Shown here: positions 49,840 to 62,950 of the stretch, piece after piece
Layout of the letters: the number at the start of each line of letters is the position of its first letter
Position numbering within the stretch: position 1 is the stretch's first letter
NCBI GenBank assembly: GCA_013265495.1
Contig: MU061578.1
Span: 71,308 to 135,307, forward strand
From: Vicugna vicugna
Lineage: Eukaryota
Direction of reading: 5' to 3'
Length of the DNA stretch: 64,000 bases
The notes under the pieces: model-generated
What the model saw: the letters and a program-made list of their open reading frames with translations, nothing else
Told to the model about the DNA's origin: nothing
The model's database searches: none
Program-made: the position numbers and the translations under genes

Positions 49840-50115
49840 TATATATGAGACAATGGCAAATAGCAGACTGAATAAGATATCCATGTGGTAATTTTACCAG
49901 TCCCCAGGATTTGAGAGCTCTCTAAAACACTTTAGAAAATATGCTGCATTTTTAGCAGCAATATCATGTTCCATGACTATATATGAGACAATGGCAAATA
50001 GCAAAGACTGAATAAGATATCCATGTGGTAATTTTACCAGTCCCCAGGACTTGAGAGCTCTCTAAAACACTTTAGAAAATATGCTGCATTTTTAGCAGCA
50101 ATATCATGTTCCATG
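49840..50115 (+). repeat. ~136/138-bp tandem duplication
   Basis: 49840-49975 vs 49978-50115, differing by a 2-bp AA indel and one T/C. Confidence 0.95.
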
Positions 50116-50600
50116 TTGCATCATTCTTTTCATAATTGCATTCTTGAAATATATGCTTGATGCATAATCAGCTCCACCTCCCACTTTCAATTATATTTAC
50201 TGTATGGCATTTCCCAAGGGAACTATTAAAAACACATACTTATTATCTCCACCAAGTGTTTTCACAAAATAAAACTATCTCTTTTCCCTGAGATTTTGAA
50301 CTTAGGGATAAGAGTCCTTCCAACAGCATGGCAAAGGCAATAAAAGAGTTTGGTGAACAATTTCAGAGTGATAAAAATTTTCCTCTTTTAATTAATTTTC
50401 TTCTTAAACAGAGACTTGAATTTGAGTTTGAATTTAAATTTTTAAACACTTTCTGCTGAAGGGTTAATTGCCCACTTTCAAAGGCATCATCTTGGGATAT
50501 TTCTGCAGGAAAATTTATAGCTTTAATGATTACTTAAATTGTTTTTTTTTTCTTAATAAGAGCCTTAGACTGCTAACTTCTAAAGTGATCCTCATCTACT

Positions 50601-50782
50601 GCAGTGGTTCTCAATTTTGTTTTCACATTAGAATCAGCTGGGAGCATTTAAAAGACGTCAGTGCCAAGAGTCCCCACTCAGAGTAATTAAATCAGTATCT
50701 CTGGGCATAGAGCCTGGGCATCTGTATATTTCAAAACTCCCCTGGTGGTTTTAGTTTGCAGCTAGGACTGAAACTCCACCTG
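50601..50782. mobile_element. MER5-type hAT element (second copy at 55760-55941)
   Basis: 'cagtggttctcaattttg...cattagaatcagctggg...aattaaatcagtatctctggg...aaaactcccctggtggtttt'. Confidence 0.85.
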
Positions 50783-51279
50783 AAAACCTGGTGGAGTAGA
50801 AAAGCCCTCATTTTACTGATAAGAAAAATGGAAGCTTAGAAGGGCTAGCTGGTTGTCTAATGTTATACTGAGAAAGTACATACTCAATGCCCTGCATGCA
50901 AAGCACTGTAATAGTGCTTCAAAGACATTTTCTTATTCAGTCCTTATAATAATCTCATGATTTTTTTTACCCCATTTTATAGTCAAGGGAACCAAGGTTC
51001 ACAAATGCTGAGTAACTTTTCCAAGGTCATATTGTTAGAAACTTGGACACACATCCATTTCCTGATCCTTAGCATAATGATTTTCTCATTAAACCTCTCT
51101 ATGTATATTGTCACTGGAATTTCTTTATAATCTTATTCACAGAAAGGCATCTTGGGATTTCAAGCATTGGGTTCAGTAAGTGACATAGCAATGGCTGGAG
51201 CCTCTTACAGTGCCTGTTTATATCAGATGCTTGATGTTTGTTAAATAAATAAATGCATGCATGCGTGCATGCTTGCATG

Positions 51280-51735
51280 TGCTCATTAGACTTGTTGGTT
51301 TTAAATAAAAGAGAAACTAGATCCAATTGCTTTAGGCAAAAAAAGGGTATATTGGCTTGTATCATTTTAAAGTCTAAGCATCCTGAATCTGGGTCCTCAG
51401 ATCCTATAGTAAGAAGTCTTATTTACCCCCATTTCTTCTTTTGGTTTTCTTGTGTCTTAGCTATGGGCTCAGGACTGATATTCATGGGCTTTGATTGGTT
51501 TGGTTTGAGTCATGTGTCTACTCTTGAACCAATCATTTTGTGGAAGGGAAAGTAGTAGTCTCATTGGCTAGGTTTGGATCACCTGACTGCCCCTGTTGCC
51601 AAAGAGATGGTGGTGTTAGCTCTACTGAACAACACTGACTCAAGAAGAGGAAGAGAGGCTCATTTCCAAGAAAGCAGGGATTGAGATGCTGTCAACAAAT
51701 AGATTCTGGAAAGGCAGAACAATAGGTGCTCATGA
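51280..51735 (-). mobile_element. MLT1K-like LTR (second copy at ~56443-56898)
   Basis: 'gattggtttggtttgagtcatgtgtctactcttgaaccaatca...cattggctaggtttggatcac'. Confidence 0.7.
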
Positions 51736-54263
51736 CATTGGACTAGGAGGGGTCTGATTAAGCTTTGAAAATTCTCTCTTGAGAGGACTAGATATCAGAG
51801 ACGAGCCAAGCCATTAGTAAGCTCTCATCTTCTCCCAACTTACATTCCCAAGGCTTTGGAAATCCACTTCCCCAGGGGCCCACAGAAGCACTTCATCAGC
51901 CTTGAATGTTGTCCACATCAACCCAGAAGCCAGTCACTCCTTTCTGTGCCAAGACAGAGATAAGGAGCCAGATGGAGACTGTTTTCTGATAGGATACCAA
52001 ACATTGTAAGAACCAAGTTTATTTATAGGGGGTGTGTGGTGTGTGGTGTGTGGTGTGTGTGTGTTAGGTCCCCATAAAACTAGAATTAATTAAGACATTA
52101 AGTCCCCATTAAGTAAATGAAAATCAGTAAATCTTGTCCATCTCACACATGACCTACTGGGAATGTTGCTGATTCATATGGATCTTAAAGTGAGAGAGAG
52201 AGACACAGACAGAGACAGAGAGACAGAGGCAGAGGGAGGTACTGGCACTGACTTCTGAGGAATCATTAAGAGCTTGGGAGTACCCAATGACACAGTTACT
52301 CTGAACATGTGATGAATAACAGCAACATCATCATTTATTGCTCCAGTAATGAACGTTCACAGCTGCTAGAAGTGTTTTTATGAGGTACTGTTTTAAAAGA
52401 AATGAGTGGTGTGGTGACAATGCTATTCTGAGTTGAAGCACCAGAAGGCTGGGCCTTATAGATGCTGGCTGGAGCTGGAAGAGGTTTCAGCTCAGGAGTC
52501 AGAACACAGTAATATGTGGAGACAGTGATGGAAAGCAGATGGGTAAGCAAAAAACATTGAGGATATTTAGCTATTGGTTATGAAGTGTTCCAGAAAGTGA
52601 GAAGAGCAAAGGGCAAGACATTTAGATCATCAGAAGACCAGGCATGTAACAATGTTGATAGGGGTGGTTGAGATTTATGTACAAAAATGTTCAGCACAGT
52701 TACCACTAATAGTATGAAAAATGGAAATAGCTCAATTATTTCTCAATTATATAACAATAGAAGATTAAATCAATTATGATGCATTCATTTATCTACTGTT
52801 ATACAGCCATCACTAATGATACTGTGAAGAATTTGCAATAAAATGGGGGAAATACTCTTGATCCGTGAAAAATGAGCAGAGTACACAAATAGAACATTGT
52901 CTCAATCACTCTTGTTTCCATTTTATGGTCCCACCATTTTCTTCATTCTCAAATTCTTAATAAAAACATATTTTGTTTTTATGCTTATAAAGCCAAGACA
53001 GCTACATTGTAGAAACTTGGAAAGCATTGAAAATTGTAAAAAATAAACTGATCCACAATTCCTTTACATAGTGATAACTTCTGCCAATGTTTTGGAGCAT
53101 TTCCTTTTAGTTTTTCTTCTTTTTTCTCCCTGCATGTGTTACCCTAGACTTCTCAGTTCTTCAGAATTTTTGGAAACACTCTTGCCTTTGCAATGAATAT
53201 AGCTTGAGCCTTTGTTTCTTAAACTGGGGGCAGTCCAGCGCCTTACAAAGATATCTGTGGATTTAGTGAATTCACTCTATTTTCTCTCATTCCACCTCCA
53301 GGGATCATCCCCCCAAAGAGGGCACACTGGCCCCCTTTCATGTATCTTCTCAAAAAGGCTGTGATGTGAAAAAGTTCTGGGATAAGCTGGGGTTAATTAC
53401 AAAAAGTGGTAAAATCACTCTTCTTGGAATTCATTGACTATTCTTTACCACTAGAATTTCTCATTGTCACACACTTCTGTAAGTTCTAGCCTCCCACCAG
53501 CCTAACTGCTATCTTGATCAACCAGCATTCAATTAAATAATCCTATTAGTGTATTCAGCAGTTTAATTCTCCTGTCATTTCATTCCATCTAGACATGTAT
53601 AAAGAGCCTTGAATTCCAAATTCAAAAATTTCTATACACTTGCTCTCCCATACTAAGGAGAAATTACTCCCTTAATATATATTTTTATGTCCCCTAGAAT
53701 AACCCAATTTTACTTTTGAAATGACATATATGAATATATATACACACACATACATATATATGCACATAATATATATATCTATAAAACACACATATAAGAT
53801 ATACATAAAGAATATATATGCTCATGTGCATATATATGAATTTTAATGGCCAAATACTGACCACATTCTTTTACATACCACTAAGAAATAAGAAAAAAAA
53901 ACCTTTGCCAAAATATTATGGCTTGCCATTGATTATAAGACATATCTTGACCTCAATGATGTTACCATGTGAAAACATGTGTATCTAAGAGTGAGACAGG
54001 ATATGTATCAATCAGCTGTTGCTGGGATAAAGCTATATAAAAAACCACCCAAAACTCAACTCAATATCATACGACAGTAAGGAATTGTTTCTCGCTCAAG
54101 CATCTGCTGGTTTGCTTAGGGGCAGGAAGGAGTCTGCTCCACTTTTGCCCTCTGGGACCCTGGCTGAAGGGGTATGGGTTTCCATGGTATGTTATTCCCA
54201 TAGCATGTCACTGGAGTATAAGAGGGCATGCCAACAAACAAGCAGATCTTGCCCCTCTGTTTA

Positions 54264-55163
54264 NNNNNNNNNNNNNNNNNNNNNNNNNNNNNNNNNNNNN
54301 NNNNNNNNNNNNNNNNNNNNNNNNNNNNNNNNNNNNNNNNNNNNNNNNNNNNNNNNNNNNNNNNNNNNNNNNNNNNNNNNNNNNNNNNNNNNNNNNNNNN
54401 NNNNNNNNNNNNNNNNNNNNNNNNNNNNNNNNNNNNNNNNNNNNNNNNNNNNNNNNNNNNNNNNNNNNNNNNNNNNNNNNNNNNNNNNNNNNNNNNNNNN
54501 NNNNNNNNNNNNNNNNNNNNNNNNNNNNNNNNNNNNNNNNNNNNNNNNNNNNNNNNNNNNNNNNNNNNNNNNNNNNNNNNNNNNNNNNNNNNNNNNNNNN
54601 NNNNNNNNNNNNNNNNNNNNNNNNNNNNNNNNNNNNNNNNNNNNNNNNNNNNNNNNNNNNNNNNNNNNNNNNNNNNNNNNNNNNNNNNNNNNNNNNNNNN
54701 NNNNNNNNNNNNNNNNNNNNNNNNNNNNNNNNNNNNNNNNNNNNNNNNNNNNNNNNNNNNNNNNNNNNNNNNNNNNNNNNNNNNNNNNNNNNNNNNNNNN
54801 NNNNNNNNNNNNNNNNNNNNNNNNNNNNNNNNNNNNNNNNNNNNNNNNNNNNNNNNNNNNNNNNNNNNNNNNNNNNNNNNNNNNNNNNNNNNNNNNNNNN
54901 NNNNNNNNNNNNNNNNNNNNNNNNNNNNNNNNNNNNNNNNNNNNNNNNNNNNNNNNNNNNNNNNNNNNNNNNNNNNNNNNNNNNNNNNNNNNNNNNNNNN
55001 NNNNNNNNNNNNNNNNNNNNNNNNNNNNNNNNNNNNNNNNNNNNNNNNNNNNNNNNNNNNNNNNNNNNNNNNNNNNNNNNNNNNNNNNNNNNNNNNNNNN
55101 NNNNNNNNNNNNNNNNNNNNNNNNNNNNNNNNNNNNNNNNNNNNNNNNNNNNNNNNNNNNNNN
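54264..55163. other. Assembly gap (900 N)
   Basis: Run of N. Confidence 1.
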
Positions 55164-58100
55164 AGACTGAATAAGATATCCATGTGGTAATTTTACCAGT
55201 CCCCAGGATTTGAGAGCTCTCTAAAACACTTTAGAAAATATGCTGCATTTTTAGCAGCAATATCATGTTCCATGTTGCATCATTCTTTTCATAATTGCAT
55301 TCTTGAAATATATGCTTGATGCATAATCAGCTCCACCTCCCACTTTCAATTATATTTACTGTATGGCATTTCCCAAGGGAACTATTAAAAACACATACTT
55401 ATTATCTCCACCAAGTGTTTTCACAAAATAAAACTATCTCTTTTCCCTGAGATTTTGAACTTAGGGATAAGAGTCCTTCCAACAGCATGGCAAAGGCAAT
55501 AAAAGAGTTTGGTGAACAATTTCAGAGTGATAAAAATTTTCCTCTTTTAATTAATTTTCTTCTTAAACAGAGACTTGAATTTGAGTTTGAATTTAAATTT
55601 TTAAACACTTTCTGCTGAAGGGTTAATTGCCCACTTTCAAAGGCATCATCTTGGGATATTTCTGCAGGAAAATTTATAGCTTTAATGATTACTTAAATTG
55701 TTTTTTTTTTCTTAATAAGAGCCTTAGACTGCTAACTTCTAAAGTGATCCTCATCTACTGCAGTGGTTCTCAATTTTGTTTTCACATTAGAATCAGCTGG
55801 GAGCATTTAAAAGACGTCAGTGCCAAGAGTCCCCACTCAGAGTAATTAAATCAGTATCTCTGGGCATAGAGCCTGGGCATCTGTATATTTCAAAACTCCC
55901 CTGGTGGTTTTAGTTTGCAGCTAGGACTGAAACTCCACCTGAAAACCTGGTGGAGTAGAAAAGCCCTCATTTTACTGATAAGAAAAATGGAAGCTTAGAA
56001 GGGCTAGCTGGTTGTCTAATGTTATACTGAGAAAGTACATACTCAGTGCCCTGCATGCAAGGCACTGTAATAGTGCTTCAAAGACATTTTCTTATTCAGT
56101 CCTTATAATAATCTCATGATTTTTTTTACCCCATTTTATAGTCAAGGGAACCAAGGTTCACAAATGCTGAGTAACTTTTCCAAGGTCATATTGTTAGAAA
56201 CTTGGACACACATCCATTTCCTGATCCTTAGCATAATGATTTTCTCATTAAACCTCTCTATGTATATTGTCACTGGAATTTCTTTGTAATCTTATTCACA
56301 GAAAGGCATCTTGGGATTTCATGCATTGGGTTCAGTAAGTGACATATCAATGGCTGGAGCCTCTTACAGTGCCTGTTTATATCAGATGCTTGATGTTTGT
56401 TAAATAAATAAATGCATGCATGCATGCATGCATGCTTGCATGTGCTCATTAGACTTGTTGGTTTTAAATAAAAGAGAAACTAGATCCAATTGCTTTAGGC
56501 AAAAAAAGGGTATATTGGCTTGTATCATTTTAAAGTCTAAGCATCCTGAATCTGGGTCCTCAGATCCTATAGTAAGAAGTCTTATTTACCCCCATTTCTT
56601 CTTTTGGTTTTCTTGTGTCTTAGCTATGGGCTCAGGACTGATATTCATGGGCTTTGATTGGTTTGGTTTGAGTCATGTGTCTACTCTTGAACCAATCATT
56701 TTGTGGAAGGGAAAGTAGTAGTCTCATTGGCTAGGTTTGGATCACCTGACTGCCCCTGTTGCCAAAGAGATGGTGGTGTTAGCTCTACTGAACAACACTG
56801 ACTCAAGAAGAGGAAGAGAGGCTCATTTCCAAGAAAGCAGGGATTGAGATGCTGTCAACAAATAGATTCTGGAAAGGCAGAACAATAGGTGCTCATGACA
56901 TTGGACTAGGAGGGGTCTGATTAAGCTTTGAAAATTCTCTCTTGAGAGGACTAGATATCAGAGACGAGCCAAGCCATTAGTAAGCTCTCATCTTCTCCCA
57001 ACTTACATTCCCAAGGCTTTGGAAATCCACTTCCCCAGGGGCCCACAGAAGCACTTCATCAGCCTTGAATGTTGTCCACATCAACCCAGAAGCCAGTCAC
57101 TCCTTTCTGTGCCAAGACAGAGATAAGGAGCCAGATGGAGACTGTTTTCTGATAGGATACCAAACATTGTAAGAACCAAGTTTATTTATAGGGGGTGTGT
57201 GGTGTGTGGTGTGTGGTGTGTGTGTGTTAGGTCCCCATAAAACTAGAATTAATTAAGACATTAAGTCCCCATTAAGTAAATGAAAATCAGTAAATCTTGT
57301 CCATCTCACACATGACCTACTGGGAATGTTGCTGATTCATATGGATCTTAAAGTGAGAGAGAGAGACACAGACAGAGACAGAGAGACAGAGGCAGAGGGA
57401 GGTACTGGCACTGACTTCTGAGGAATCATTAAGAGCTTGGGAGTACCCAATGACACAGTTACTCTGAACATGTGATGAATAACAGCAACATCATCATTTA
57501 TTGCTCCAGTAATGAACGTTCACAGCTGCTAGAAGTGTTTTTATGAGGTACTGTTTTAAAAGAAATGAGTGGTGTGGTGACAATGCTATTCTGAGTTGAA
57601 GCACCAGAAGGCTGGGCCTTATAGATGCTGGCTGGAGCTGGAAGAGGTTTCAGCTCAGGAGTCAGAACACAGTAATATGTGGAGACAGTGATGGAAAGCA
57701 GATGGGTAAGCAAAAAACATTGAGGATATTTAGCTATTGGTTATGAAGTGTTCCAGAAAGTGAGAAGAGCAAAGGGCAAGACATTTAGATCATCAGAAGA
57801 CCAGGCATGTAACAATGTTGATAGGGGTGGTTGAGATTTATGTACAAAAATGTTCAGCACAGTTACCACTAATAGTATGAAAAATGGAAATAGCTCAATT
57901 ATTTCTCAATTATATAACAATAGAAGATTAAATCAATTATGATGCATTCATTTATCTACTGTTATACAGCCATCACTAATGATACTGTGAAGAATTTGCA
58001 ATAAAATGGGGGAAATACTCTTGATCCGTGAAAAATGAGCAGAGTACACAAATAGAACATTGTCTCAATCACTCTTGTTTCCATTTTATGGTCCCACCAT

Positions 58101-59426
58101 TTTCTTCATTCTCAAATTCTTAATAAAAACATATTTTGTTTTTATGCTTATAAAGCCAAGACAGCTACATTGTAGAAACTTGGAAAGCATTGAAAATTGT
58201 AAAAAATAAACTGATCCACAATTCCTTTACATAGTGATAACTTCTGCCAATGTTTTGGAGCATTTCCTTTTAGTTTTTCTTCTTTTTTCTCCCTGCATGT
58301 GTTACCCTAGACTTCTCAGTTCTTCAGAATTTTTGGAAACACTCTTGCCTTTGCAATGAATATAGCTTGAGCCTTTGTTTCTTAAACTGGGGGCAGTCCA
58401 GCGCCTTACAAAGATATCTGTGGATTTAGTGAATTCACTCTATTTTCTCTCATTCCACCTCCAGGGATCATCCCCCCAAAGAGGGCACACTGGCCCCCTT
58501 TCATGTATCTTCTCAAAAAGGCTGTGATGTGAAAAAGTTCTGGGATAAGCTGGGGTTAATTACAAAAAGTGGTAAAATCACTCTTCTTGGAATTCATTGA
58601 CTATTCTTTACCACTAGAATTTCTCATTGTCACACACTTCTGTAAGTTCTAGCCTCCCACCAGCCTAACTGCTATCTTGATCAACCAGCATTCAATTAAA
58701 TAATCCTATTAGTGTATTCAGCAGTTTAATTCTCCTGTCATTTCATTCCATCTAGACATGTATAAAGAGCCTTGAATTCCAAATTCAAAAATTTCTATAC
58801 ACTTGCTCTCCCATACTAAGGAGAAATTACTCCCTTAATATATATTTTTATGTCCCCTAGAATAACCCAATTTTACTTTTGAAATGACATATATGAATAT
58901 ATATACACACACATACATATATATGCACATAATATATATATCTATAAAACACACATATAAGATATACATAAAGAATATATATGCTCATGTGCATATATAT
59001 GAATTTTAATGGCCAAATACTGACCACATTCTTTTACATACCACTAAGAAATAAGAAAAAAAAACCTTTGCCAAAATATTATGGCTTGCCATTGATTATA
59101 AGACATATCTTGACCTCAATGATGTTACCATGTGAAAACATGTGTATCTAAGAGTGAGACAGGATATGTATCAATCAGCTGTTGCTGGGATAAAGCTATA
59201 TAAAAAACCACCCAAAACTCAACTCAATATCATACGACAGTAAGGAATTGTTTCTCGCTCAAGCATCTGCTGGTTTGCTTAGGGGCAGGAAGGAGTCTGC
59301 TCCACTTTTGCCCTCTGGGACCCTGGCTGAAGGGGTATGGGTTTCCATGGTATGTTATTCCCATAGCATGTCACTGGAGTATAAGAGGGCATGCCAACAA
59401 ACAAGCAGATCTTGCCCCTCTGTTTA
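55164..59426 (+). repeat. Copy 2 of ~4.26-kb direct duplication
   Basis: Begins at the first base after the gap and continues into unique sequence after 59426. Confidence 0.98.
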
Positions 59427-59590
59427 TACCATGTATCACTAACATCCCGTTAGCCAAAGCAAGTTACCTGGCCAATTCCAAAGCCAAGGGGTATATATGG
59501 GGATATACATAGTCTGCCCATCATGTTAAGGATGCATATATAATTCATTATTGAAGAGTGAAGCATTGAGACCAATAATTCAGTCAACAG
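59167..59590 (-). mobile_element. MLT1J-like LTR (its copy at 54004-54263 is cut by the gap)
   Basis: 'tgtatcaatcagctgttgctggg...ccacccaaaactca...taacatcccgttagccaaagcaagttacctggcc'. Confidence 0.75.
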
Positions 59591-60351
59591 GGTATTTCAA
59601 AATCACTATGTCTTGTATTTTATGCCCCTTCATAACCTATCTCATACACTTGTTGGAACAAACGAGATCATACATATATAAAGTGCAAGAAGGAAAAAAG
59701 GAAGTTAATATACCAAAATGTTAGCAATGGTTGTTTCAGAGAGGTGGGATAAAATATGGGTTTTGTTCTCTTCTTTGTCATTTAGAGTTCTCTAACTTTT
59801 CTATGATAGGTAGGTGTTGCTTTTAAAAGTCAGACAATAAACCTACACCTACGTAACTCATTATTTCCTCTAAGGAAGTCCATGTAGGAAGGTAGTTGTG
59901 GAGAGAAATAAGCAGTTATTTCAGAGGAAATTCAGAGGAAGGCACTGGTCTTTGGGGATATGGCAGTGGTATACACAATTGAAGTCCCCAATATTAGAGA
60001 GATAGGGGTATGAGGCAGATGATTAAGATAAGAAACTGTGATCTGGAGGAATGACTATCGCACTGTTGTCAGAATGGGTTACCAGAACTGGGTCCGTGAC
60101 ACCAGGTCCACTCATTAGAGATGGGTACCAAGAGGTCAGAACAAGTGATGAACTCCATGCTCTGAGCATTGAGCCTGAATACCTGACATCTTTCCTACCT
60201 CAGGTAAGAAGTAGATCTGGAGATGAAGTGAGGCTGAATTTAGAGGTGGAGCCAAGGGACTTTAGTTGTGAGCAGAGTTGGCAAGAGGACGCTGAGCAGG
60301 AATGATCAACATCTGTTAACAAGCAGAGTGTGGTCTAACACCAAGGACCAC

Positions 60352-60725
60352 CAGTGGTTCTTAAACTTTATCATGTATCAGCATTGCCTGGAGAGTGTGT
60401 GAAAACAGAGATTGCTCGACTCCACCTCCAGAAACTCTGAGTTACTAGGTCTCAGATGTACGGAGACTGTAGATTTCAAATAAGCACCCAGGTAATGCTG
60501 ATGCTGCTGGTCCAGGGACCACACGTTGAGAACCACTGTGCTAAGGCAACCGTTCTCAGCTTGCTTGCAGTTTATACCACCTGGAGAGCTTTTAAATATC
60601 CTGATGTCTAGGCTGAACCCCAGACCAATTAAACCAGAATCTAGGGGTGGGACTCAGTCATCAGTATTTTTTTTTAAAAAACTCCCAAGGTGAATACAAT
60701 GTGCAGCCAGGGTTGAAAACTGCTG
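60352..60725. mobile_element. Two adjacent MER5A/B elements
   Basis: 'cagtggttcttaaacttt...ccacacgttgagaaccactg' then 'ccgttctcagcttg...agggttgaaaactgctg'. Confidence 0.85.
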
Positions 60726-61524
60726 CTCTGAGGAGAATTAATTTAATCCATTTAACTACTGAGTACATTGGCAGTAGGTACTAAATTAGCACATCACCAA
60801 CCACCACCCCTTTCTCTGCAGACCAAGGAGTTTGAAATTGTTCCTGTGGAAGTCTCCTGGAAGAGTGAAGCTTAAAACTTGGAACTCAACTACCTTCCTG
60901 GATCCCAAGGAAATTAGGCAAAACTCCTGATACTGGGTTGAGGAGAAACATGGTGAATCTCGATCTGGCTATGTCCTCCTTGGAGAGGGACAAAGGTCAT
61001 GGTCAGATGCAGGTTGCTTTTGTTGAAAAGGACTGTTGTGAAGATGCCGAGGTCTTAAACACGATGTGGCATGTACTTAGCAGGTGAAGAATACTGTCAG
61101 CCTTCTAAGTCATCTCCTTAAGTCTTTGACGTTGCTATGGAAGGAGTCACAGAAGATGCTTCTAGAGCTACATCTTGAAGGAGGTGGAATATGCCCCAAA
61201 GTCTTACCTCCTTTATCTCTCTTCTTCTGTTTCTATGAGACTTTCTTCCAACCCAGGCATCCAGCAAGACTCATTCTCTGGAGTGTTTATTTTTTTTTAA
61301 AGTCTTGAGATAGTAGCCAGCTCTTTTCCAATGAGGCTTAAAGCATACCTCCTCCCATGGGAGAAGTCTTACACCCTTTCATTCTACACCTTAATAAAGT
61401 ACACCTTCACCATCACCACTAAGACACCATCAAAGTGCCTTGATTCCTTTGACCATCAAAGGAATGGCTCTCTAATGGTGAGATTACAAGCGTGGGTGCA
61501 GAAGAGGCGTGTCTTCAGAGACTT

Positions 61525-61947
61525 TGTGATGGGCTGAATTGTGTCCCCTCAAATTCATATGTTGTAGTCTTAATCCCCCAGTACCTCAGAATGTGACTGT
61601 ATTTGGAAACAGAGTCCTCATAAAAAGATAATTAAGATAAAATGGGGTCATCTAGAGAGGCCCTTGTTCAATAAGACCGGTGTCCTTATGAGAAGAGGAG
61701 ATTTGGACACATACATACAAAGGGAAGATGATGTGAGGACACAGCAAGAAGATGTCCATTAACAAGCCAAGGAGAGAGGCCTTAGAAGAAACCAACCTTG
61801 CTGACACTTTGCTCTCAGGCTACTATCCTCTGGAACTATGAGCAAATAAAAATTTCCTGAACTATGAGAAAATAAATTGGAAAATAACTATGAGAAAAAC
61901 CACTGATTTGTGGTACTTTGTTATGGCAGCCCTAGGAAACGAATACA
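61525..61947 (+). mobile_element. MLT1B solo LTR
   Basis: 'tgtgatgggctgaattgtgtcccctcaaattcatatgttg...gccctaggaaacgaataca'. Confidence 0.92.
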
Positions 61948-62429
61948 GGTTTGAATGGATGATTTGTTCAGGAAGAATTCAATTTGTCTTCCATAGGACT
62001 GAACCAAATGAGTGGAAATTAGAGGCAGATGGAACTGGCTCAAAATAACTGAAATTGAACATTCTGGACTGGCTGCTGCTAATATAAATAATAACTCCCT
62101 TAGACAGTGTTTGTCTCCACTTATGAGTATGGGAGTTTTGTTTTGTAAGTGGGAGAGTAAAATTTTTTTTTAGAGTGGGGGTTTGGAAGGCCAAAGTGTG
62201 GGACAGGAGAACCAAGAGGGATGGCATGATGTTTGTTCTCCATAGAGTCCCTTGGGCTTGTTTTGAATCCCTATGGAAAGAAGAGTTTAGATGCATAAAT
62301 TGAAAAAATAAGAGAGAGTGGATCTAAGCTATTTTAAGTATGTCCTTGGCATAATTACTAATACACAGAACACTCGAAAATGTTAGGTACCAGCTTGTTT
62401 ACTACCCCTTTCTCCTCCTATGTCTTTGT

Positions 62430-62950
62430 AACAGACACCTTTTGGTGGGTCTTACCAGTTGACAAATGTCGTTTCTCCTCTGGAAACTTCCCATCCCCAT
62501 TCAAAGAATCATGAGGGCAAATCCTAATAGCCACGGTGGTGATGCTGTGTGATCTGAACCCTCTGGCTGTGGCTGATTGGGCCAGGCATGCTCACCTGAC
62601 CCCAGCTGGGCCAATCATGGATCCTCCCATGGAATTTGGAGTTGGATTTAAAAAGACTCCAGGCCCTATCAGGCTGGTCCATAGACACTCAGAAGCTGAG
62701 GCATACCTATTATGATTACTGTTGTTATTTGTCTAGTGTACTGCAGGTTTGCAGGAAGAGAATGACTCTGAATACTAGAAGTAAAGGAGAGGTGGAGAGA
62801 AGTTAGACACTGGTGGATTTTTCACTTTACAGCTTCTTTCTGTGGCCCCACTATATTTCTGCCCTTGGATCCCATGGCGGAACCCTGAATACTTAAAATG
62901 CAGTGCACTCCTATTTGACTTAAGTCCTTCCATCATGATTCTTTACTGAA
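62430..62950 (+). mobile_element. LTR33/LTR16-like ERV-L LTR
   Basis: 'gctgattgggccaggcatgctcacctgaccccagctgggccaatca'. Confidence 0.55.

Larger units (their letters stand above)
50005..54263 (+). repeat. Copy 1 of ~4.26-kb direct duplication
   Basis: Matches 55164-59426 at offset 5159, then 5163 after a 4-bp indel. ORF pairs in the track confirm this (50468/55627, 51253/56416, 52335/57498, 54085/59248). Confidence 0.98.

Noticed and set aside
47601..50115. CRISPR-like or programmed repeat array
   Set aside because: Only two-copy tandem duplications without spacers, in eukaryotic L1-derived or unique DNA.
54085..55190. Longest ORFs in the track (320-361 aa)
   Set aside because: They are translations of the N gap. 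The gap-free duplicate (59248-59442) gives only 64 aa within an MLT1 LTR.
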